Of a DNA stretch of 64,000 nucleotides, positions 58,634-64,000 are shown in pieces; the first letter of the stretch is position 1; the number at the start of each line of letters is the position of its first letter. Source of the DNA: Arachnia sp. (GTDB taxonomy: Bacteria > Actinomycetota > Actinomycetes > Propionibacteriales > Propionibacteriaceae). A program made the position numbers and the translations under genes. The notes under the pieces are model-generated. The model saw nothing but the letters and a program-made list of their open reading frames with translations. It did no database searches and was not told where the DNA came from. The stretch is from contig JBDHZH010000008.1 in assembly GCA_039811745.1 (NCBI GenBank), positions 1,042-65,041 on the forward strand, in the 5' to 3' direction.

Positions 58634-60027
58634 CTCCGGGGCGGCCAGTTGAGCGGGCCGCTCGCCGGTGCGGGCGGTATCTGCCGGGGCGGTGGCCAGT
58701 TGCCGGCCAGGCCTGCCGGTCCGGGCGCCTGCGGCGGTGGCATGTCCGCCCTGGGGCGTCTCCTGCGCGGTGGGATGATTCGTAGACCGTCGGGTTCGGT
58801 GAGCGCCAGGGGCCGCAGTTGCTCGATCTCGTGGATCAGTTCCCGGGCGCGAAGGTCGCCCCCAACCCCGATCAGCCCGCGGGTTCGGCCCTCCCGGATA
58901 TAGGCGAGTTCGGTGACGCGCCTCATCATGCGGGCCGTCGCCCACCATTTCCGGGGCCCCCGGAACACACCGGCCAGCAGCAGTTTCGATCGCTTGAACG
59001 GTGAGGAGTAGACGACGACGTCCCTGTCGGTCAGCCAGCCGACCGCACGGTGATCCCCCAGCCTGCGCCGGATCGACTGCGACTCGACCACGACGGAGAA
59101 GATCAGGTACAACACGATGATCGCCACCAGGGCCAACGCCATGAGCCACTGCGGCATGAGCGAGCCGGAGGAGTTCATCGAGGCGACGCCGTTGAACAGC
59201 ATGTGCCCGCCGGCCGCCACGACGAACCCCGCGAGCGGGGCGGCCACCCGGACGATCCGGCTGCGCGCCCCCAGCGCGACCGCCAGCCCGAAGGCTGTCA
59301 TCGAGGTGAACAGCGGATGCCCGAAGGAGGTGTATACGCCCCGCAGCAGGATGAGGGATGCCACCTCGCCGGCCGGGTCGGTGATCTCGATGGTGTTCGT
59401 CGCATACACCAGGGCCCGCGCGTAGTAGATGATGTTCTCCACGAAGGCGAACCCGACGGCGGACAGCCCCGCCAGCGCGACGATGCTGAGCCGGGACACG
59501 ATCCTTGCCCGGAACAGCACGACCAGCAGGAACAGCACCGTCGCCTTGGACGCCTCCTCCACGAACGGCGCGATGAAGATGGCCGGGCGGACGCCGGTGT
59601 CGGCGTTCGCCGAGGTCGTGGCCATCATGCGCCCGGCCCAGCTGTTCACGTGGATGGAGATCCAGGTCGCCGCGGCAGCCCCCCAGCCAAAGGAGAGCAC
59701 CCAGACCAGCGGCTGCTGGGGCCGGAACCTGTCGAGCCAGATGAACAGGAGGACGTAGACGAGCGCCGTCCACATGGCCCAGAACGCGGCGAACCGGAGT
59801 GCCTCGTTGTTCAGCCCCAGTGCCTGCGTGCCATCCGGGTAGGTCACGTCCGGGTGCAGCATGGCGTACTGCTGCCACAGGCAGAACGCGAAGAACGGGA
59901 TGAGCACCAGCGTCAGCCAGAACAGCGGGCTGGCGAGCATCCGCCGGTACCAGAGGAGCCGCGGCCCCGGGGCCGGCGGCATGCCCGAAAGCCTGCGTTC
60001 GCGGTCGGCGATCTGCGCGGTACTCAT
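58630..60027 (-). CDS. prsW: PrsW-family intramembrane metalloprotease with a Pro/Arg-rich C-terminal tail
   Basis: In-frame part of ORF 58630..60159(-). ATG 60027 (MSTAQIAD). Polytopic core with FVEEASK, FAFVENIIYY and GGHMLFNG motifs. The stop overlaps the next ATG (ATGA). Confidence 0.8.
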   Translation of the reverse strand: MSTAQIADRERRLSGMPPAPGPRLLWYRRMLASPLFWLTLVLIPFFAFCLWQQYAMLHPDVTYPDGTQALGLNNEALRFAAFWAMWTALVYVLLFIWLDRFRPQQPLVWVLSFGWGAAAATWISIHVNSWAGRMMATTSANADTGVRPAIFIAPFVEEASKATVLFLLVVLFRARIVSRLSIVALAGLSAVGFAFVENIIYYARALVYATNTIEITDPAGEVASLILLRGVYTSFGHPLFTSMTAFGLAVALGARSRIVRVAAPLAGFVVAAGGHMLFNGVASMNSSGSLMPQWLMALALVAIIVLYLIFSVVVESQSIRRRLGDHRAVGWLTDRDVVVYSSPFKRSKLLLAGVFRGPRKWWATARMMRRVTELAYIREGRTRGLIGVGGDLRARELIHEIEQLRPLALTEPDGLRIIPPRRRRPRADMPPPQAPGPAGLAGNWPPPRQIPPAPASGPLNWPPRR

Positions 60028-60118
60028 GATGGTCACCACAGTAGCGGGCGATTCCGTCGATTCCACGGTGTCTGCGACCCCATCGGCGCCCGTCTGCCTG
60101 ACCTGCAAGGATGTGGTG

Positions 60119-60721
60119 ATGCACAGCTTCTTCGCAACCATGGAGCCCTGGCGACGCAACGACGGGGCGTTCCATCTCTACGCGCTGCCGCGCGAGGCTG
60201 ACCTGGAGCGGTTCGTCGTAGCCCAGTCGCTCCTGGCCGGCGTCGAACGCCTGCCCCTGATGCCTGCCCCATACCTCCACTGCACCGTGCAGCGGTTGGC
60301 GCAGTTCGACGACGAACTGAGCCAGCACCAGTTGACCCACCTCGGCGGTGCGTTGACCAATGCCCTTGCCGAAGTACCGGCATTCGACCTTGACTTCGAG
60401 GCCCCGAGCATCGGCCCCTCCGCGGTGACCTGCGAGGCTGCCCCATCGGGTGCCTGGGACCGTCTCGTCGCTGCCGCCCGTGGCGGCGTCAGGGACGCTC
60501 TCGGGGAGGAACCGGCACTACCCGGTCCCCCGCGTCGTCCACACCTGTCCCTCTCCTATGCAACCGGCAACATCGACGACCGCCATGTGCAGGCCCTCAT
60601 CGACGGCGCCTCCCCCATCGGTTGGGTTCGCATCGACGAACTGCATCTGGTGTCGGTCACCGTCCGGCCGGAGCTCGGCATCTTCGACTTCACGAGCCTG
60701 GCCTCCTGGGACCTCGCCTGA
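60119..60721 (+). CDS. 2H-phosphoesterase superfamily protein (LigT / 2'-5' RNA ligase-like)
   Basis: Two HxT/S motifs at the expected spacing (LHCTV and PHLSLSY), about 200 aa. Start at ATG 60119 or 60140. Confidence 0.65.
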   Translation: MHSFFATMEPWRRNDGAFHLYALPREADLERFVVAQSLLAGVERLPLMPAPYLHCTVQRLAQFDDELSQHQLTHLGGALTNALAEVPAFDLDFEAPSIGPSAVTCEAAPSGAWDRLVAAARGGVRDALGEEPALPGPPRRPHLSLSYATGNIDDRHVQALIDGASPIGWVRIDELHLVSVTVRPELGIFDFTSLASWDLA

Positions 60722-60763
60722 GGCACAGCCCTCTGCACGCCGCCGCTGTGGGGCCAACCGGCG

Positions 60764-61072
60764 TCAGGCCCAGGCGTCGTCCCCGGGAGCGATGTTGCGA
60801 TAGATCACCCGCGACCGCGGCTCGGCCAGCAGGTCCTCCATGGCGGCCACCCACGCGGCGTAGTGAGCAGTCAGCTTGTGATCGGCGACGTCGGCCTCGG
60901 CCCTGTAGACCTCGATCAGGGTGAATCGGCTCGCGTCGTCCACGTCCTGCAGGACGTCGAACCGAGCCACCCCCGGTTCCTCGTTGGAGCGGCGGCTGTT
61001 CTCGGACGTCACGGCGATGAACGCCTCCTCGGCCCCTGGCTTCACACGACAGAACACTTGGACGATGTGCAT
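60764..61072 (-). CDS. Antibiotic-biosynthesis-monooxygenase (ABM) domain protein
   Basis: 102-aa tail of ORF 60764..61513(-). MHIVQVFCRVKPGAEEAFIA...RFDVLQD...FTLIEVY...HKLTAHY is a ferredoxin-like ABM pattern. Confidence 0.8.
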   Translation of the reverse strand: MHIVQVFCRVKPGAEEAFIAVTSENSRRSNEEPGVARFDVLQDVDDASRFTLIEVYRAEADVADHKLTAHYAAWVAAMEDLLAEPRSRVIYRNIAPGDDAWA

Positions 61073-61113
61073 GCGGCCAGCATTGCCGTCCAGGGCCCCA
61101 CTGTCCAGAGGTT

Positions 61114-61189
61114 TGGCGCCCCGAGCAGGATTCGAACCTGCGACCAGCTGATTAGAAGTCAGGTGCTCTATCCACTGAGCTACCGGGGC
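61114..61189 (-). tRNA. tRNA-Arg (anticodon UCU), CCA encoded
   Basis: The reverse complement folds as acceptor GCCCCGG/TCGGGGC, D arm GCTC..GAGC, anticodon loop CTTCTAA, T arm GCAGG-TTCGAAT-CCTGC, 76 nt. Confidence 0.9.
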
Positions 61190-61268
61190 CGACCAGCCAA
61201 TCCTAGGGGGTCCGCGTGGGCGTCGCTGCCTCGGCGACTGTCCGGCGGTGGGCCTAGGGTTGGGTGCC

Positions 61269-61838
61269 ATGAGCGATGAACTGGTGTGGATCGACTGCGA
61301 GATGACCGGGCTGGACCTGGCGAAGGACGCACTCATCGAGTTGGCCGTCCTGGTCACCGACGGCGATCTGAACATCCTCGGCGATGGCGTCGACGTCCTG
61401 ATCCGACCGACCCGGGAGCAACTGGCCGGCATGGTCGACGTCGTGCGCAAGATGCACACCAAGTCGGGGCTGATCGACGACGTCGCCGGCGGCACCACCC
61501 TCGCCGACGCCATGGCCCAGGCGCTCGCCTATGTGCGCACCTACGTGCCCGAGGCCCGCACTGCCCCGCTGGCCGGGAACACGATCGGAACCGACCGCGC
61601 CTTCCTCGCCCGCGATATGCCGGAGCTGGAGCAGTGGATGCACTACCGCAACGTGGACGTCTCCACCCTCAAGGAGCTCGCCCGCCGCTGGTACCCCCAG
61701 GTGGTGGCCAACGCTCCCAAGAAGCAGGGCAACCACCGGGCGCTGGCCGACATCAAGGAGTCCATCGCCGAGCTGCGGTACTACCGCGAGGCGATCTTCG
61801 TCCCACAGCCCGACCCGACTTCGGCCGAGGCGAACTGA
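61269..61838 (+). CDS. orn: Oligoribonuclease
   Basis: DEDDh exonuclease motifs ([27 protein letters not shown]). ATG 61269 (MSDELVW). Confidence 0.93.
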   Translation: MSDELVWIDCEMTGLDLAKDALIELAVLVTDGDLNILGDGVDVLIRPTREQLAGMVDVVRKMHTKSGLIDDVAGGTTLADAMAQALAYVRTYVPEARTAPLAGNTIGTDRAFLARDMPELEQWMHYRNVDVSTLKELARRWYPQVVANAPKKQGNHRALADIKESIAELRYYREAIFVPQPDPTSAEAN

Positions 61839-61941
61839 TCGCCGCAGGACAGCGCGGCACGGTCACCGGGGAGGGTCACGCCCAGCCCGCCTGATGGCCC
61901 GGGGATGTCCCCGCGGGGCCGTGTCAAACCTCGTCGGTACG

Positions 61942-63300
61942 ATGACCGGCATGAGCGTACTTCTGCCCGTTGTGGGGTTCACGCCGAGCCCGATGGGCGT
62001 CGGGGATGTCTTCGGCAACTCGTTCCGGGCCTTCCGCGGCCGGTTCGGGACGATGGTGATGCTGGCACTGTTGCCCGTCCTCCTCGTGTTCGGCATCCTC
62101 GCCGTCGGCGTTGTGACCTTCCTCCTGCTGACCGGCACGACCCAGTGGGACCTGTTCGACAACCCCGGGCAGTGGCCGCGCGCCGTCGGCGGGGCCCTGC
62201 TCGGCGTCGTCGTTCTCGGCGTCGCCTACTTCCTGGCCGTCGTCGTCGGGAGTGTCTATCAGGTCGTGTGTTCCGGTCGGATGGCGGTGGCGGCCGGCGA
62301 TGCCTACGTCGGGCGTCCCAGTTCGCTGAGGTCGCTCAGGGACGCGACCCCCGGGCTGTTCGGGCGCGCCTTCGGGCTCATGGCCCTGTCCCTCGTCGTG
62401 TCGTTCGCCGTCCTGGCCGTCTTCATTCTTGTGCTCGGACTGCTCACAGGCGGGCTCTCTTGGCTGATGGACCCCAACGATCCGAACGCCTGGGCTGCCG
62501 CCTCGACCGGCGGATTCCTCGGCGTCATGGCCCTGTACCTGGCACTGTTGGTCGGCCTGGTCTTCTTCGGCGTGCGGTTCGCCTACGCCGTCCCGCTGAT
62601 GGGCATCGCCGGCCTCGGTCCCATCGCCGCGCTGACCGAGTCCTGGCGGCTGACGAAGGGGAGCTTCTGGCGCACGCTGGGGTACCTGCTCCTGGCCCAA
62701 CTGCTCGTGCAGGCGATCGCCGGGGTCGTGATGACGGTTGCCTACGTCGTGATGTTGGCCCTGGTGTTCTCCACCGTCGCGACGGCCGGCAACTCCAGCG
62801 ACTCCGCCTCCGTCATCACCGCCGGCGTCGTGGCGGCGATCATCTTCGCAGTGCTCGTCGGCGGCGCCTCGCTCCTCACGGCCCCTTTCATGAACTCCTA
62901 CCTGACGATGATGTACATCGATCAGCGGAACCGGCTCATCCTGCCCGCCGGCTTCGGCAAGTACCCATACGCGACGGCGACGCAGCCCCCGTACATGCAG
63001 CCCTACGGCCAACACCCGTACGGCCAAGGCCCAGCGGCACCGCAGTCGTACCCACCGCAGGGATACGGCCAACAGCCGGGCACGCCCAGTCAGGGCATGC
63101 CGCCGTGGCAAGGTCAGCCGCCGGCCTCCGGGACGTGGGGCCAGCCGATCCCCGGCTACGGACCCTCTCCCACCTCGCCCTACGCACCGCAGCAGTACCC
63201 CCAGCAGGGCGGGCAGTGGGACCCCGGTCCCGGCACTGCGCCGGGCCCTCAGCCCGAGGAAGGCAACGGACCCTACGGCCGTCCGCCCGCCGAGGGGTGA
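61942..63300 (+). CDS. Polytopic membrane protein with a Pro/Gln/Tyr/Gly-rich C-terminal tail
   Basis: In-frame part of ORF 61531..63300(+). ATG 61942 or 61951. About 6 TM helices followed by ~110 aa of low complexity (QPPYMQPYGQHPYGQGPAAPQSYPPQGYGQQPG...). Confidence 0.7.
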   Translation: MTGMSVLLPVVGFTPSPMGVGDVFGNSFRAFRGRFGTMVMLALLPVLLVFGILAVGVVTFLLLTGTTQWDLFDNPGQWPRAVGGALLGVVVLGVAYFLAVVVGSVYQVVCSGRMAVAAGDAYVGRPSSLRSLRDATPGLFGRAFGLMALSLVVSFAVLAVFILVLGLLTGGLSWLMDPNDPNAWAAASTGGFLGVMALYLALLVGLVFFGVRFAYAVPLMGIAGLGPIAALTESWRLTKGSFWRTLGYLLLAQLLVQAIAGVVMTVAYVVMLALVFSTVATAGNSSDSASVITAGVVAAIIFAVLVGGASLLTAPFMNSYLTMMYIDQRNRLILPAGFGKYPYATATQPPYMQPYGQHPYGQGPAAPQSYPPQGYGQQPGTPSQGMPPWQGQPPASGTWGQPIPGYGPSPTSPYAPQQYPQQGGQWDPGPGTAPGPQPEEGNGPYGRPPAEG

Positions 63301-63481
63301 TTGCACAATCCGGGCTGATGACAGCCCCAGCTGTTTCTAGGGCCGTGGCTCGATCCACTCCGAACGCCTGACACGGCCGGTCTGAGGCAGGCCCTGCCGT
63401 GCGGCGAGGTCGCGCATTCGCACCGGCCGCTCCTATGCGCTATCGTTGTCGTTCGCTGCACCAAGTCGTGGTGAAGCGCAT

Positions 63482-63558
63482 GGTGGGTATAGCTCAGCTG
63501 GTAGAGCACCTGGTTGTGGTCCAGGATGTCGCGGGTTCGAGTCCCGTTACTCACCCCA
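63482..63558 (+). tRNA. tRNA-His (anticodon GUG) with encoded G-1 and CCA
   Basis: G-1 plus acceptor GTGGGTA/TACTCAC, anticodon arm CCTGG-TTGTGGT-CCAGG, T arm GCGGG-TTCGAGT-CCCGT, 77 nt. Confidence 0.9.
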
Positions 63559-64000
63559 AGTGGGTCAGGTTTGAACTTTCGACCAAGGGACCGCCCTTGG
63601 TCGAGGTTCGAGCCTGGCCCAACTTTCTTGCCTCGGCGGCCCAGGTGAGGGCGTCGGCCTGCAACCCTTCGATGCTCAGCCCGTCGTACGGCGTTTGGTA
63701 GCCGACCCGAACGTCGTTGTCCTCGTCAACGTAGATCGCCTTGAACAGCGCCTGATTGCACAGCCGACGGTTCGCGTCGTCGGCCGTCTTGTAGATGTCG
63801 CCAGCGTTCGACAGCAGAGTCAGCGAGTCATCGAGGTTCGCCCGAGCGAAGGCGTACTCCCCGTGGTGGGCGTCGATCCGGTTCTTGATCGTCTCCAGCG
63901 AGGCCGTGATGCGGTCCTGTTCTCGTTTGAGGAGTTCCAGCGTCACCGCACCCGCATAGTGCGCCCGCAGGAGCTTCTCCTGCTCGTCTTCGAGCTGCGT
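63551..64000 (-). CDS. Large serine recombinase, C-terminal part only (5' end lies beyond the window)
   Basis: The reading frame is open from nt 64000: TQLEDEQEKLLRAHYAGAVTLELLKREQDRI...YKTADDANRRLCNQALFKAIYVDEDNDV. This matches the coiled-coil C-terminal region I recognise from actinobacterial 'recombinase family' (large serine recombinase) proteins. The M at 63946 in the ORF track is an internal GTG. Confidence 0.7.
   Translation of the reverse strand, partial: TQLEDEQEKLLRAHYAGAVTLELLKREQDRITASLETIKNRIDAHHGEYAFARANLDDSLTLLSNAGDIYKTADDANRRLCNQALFKAIYVDEDNDVRVGYQTPYDGLSIEGLQADALTWAAEARKLGQARTSTKGGPLVESSNLTHLG
63579..63604 (+). terminator. Perfect 11-bp stem-loop 21 nt after tRNA-His (inside the recombinase 3' coding end)
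   Basis: TCGACCAAGGG-ACCG-CCCTTGGTCGA. It could terminate tRNA-His transcription or belong to an attachment-site region. Confidence 0.4.

Noticed and set aside
56912-60340. 1142-aa ORF suggesting one giant GTPase
   Set aside because: The N-terminal ~570 aa are the shadow of prsW in another frame. The GTPase sequence and a sensible ATG (58633, overlapping the prsW stop) begin mid-ORF.
63601-63625. GGTTCGAGCCTGGCCC after the tRNA-His hairpin, resembling a tRNA T-arm (a partial tRNA duplication)
   Set aside because: Only about 9-10 nt are shared with the tRNA-His T-arm, and there is no matching acceptor sequence. It could be chance. The att repeat, if any, must be sought beyond the window.

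Overview
This is a high-GC actinobacterial chromosome segment (single 60-nt lines counted by hand give about 70% GC). It is almost entirely coding.

Most of it is housekeeping genes, in an order I recognise from Mycobacterium, Streptomyces and Propionibacteriales genomes:
- rne, then ndk-DUF4233-folC, then a DsbA-like gene and valS
- mpg and VKOR
- tricorn protease
- clpX, clpP2-clpP1, tig
- nei-rpiB-ligA
- pepN
- pyrR-pyrB-pyrC
- gnd
- ettA
- orn
- four tRNAs: Gly-UCC, Pro-UGG, Arg-UCU, His-GUG

Accessory or less ordinary content:
- a sugar-acid cassette (manD-uxuB plus a truncated LacI-family gene) and a holin-family gene lie between tRNA-Gly and tRNA-Pro
- a gene-poor stretch after tRNA-Pro holds a decayed N6-adenine methyltransferase fragment and a 24-bp tandem repeat
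- a class I aldolase
- a 1133-aa multi-domain GH35 beta-galactosidase sits directly behind pyrC, where carA/carB would be expected
- an araD-araA-LacI-type regulator operon has a perfect 14-bp palindromic operator but no araB
- a ParB/Srx-like small protein is translationally coupled to an RCK-less cation/H+ antiporter, behind a tandem palindromic 19-bp repeat
- a translationally coupled prsW plus two dynamin-like GTPases operon
- the 3' part of a large serine recombinase overlaps the 3' end of tRNA-His at the window edge, probably the border of an integrated element

I saw no rRNA, CRISPR array or recognisable IS element.

Many adjacent genes overlap by 1-4 nt (ATGA, GTGA or TGATG), which suggests translational coupling. 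Examples are ndk/CPBP, clpP1/clpP2, LacI-remnant/uxuB, pyrR/pyrB, araD/araA, ParB-like/antiporter and prsW/DLP/DLP.

The many long ORFs antisense to these genes are treated as high-GC shadow ORFs.

I cannot show that any locus is a new system. The two best candidates for undescribed functional modules are prsW-DLP-DLP and ParB-like/antiporter. All functional calls rest on motif recognition by eye, not on database searches.
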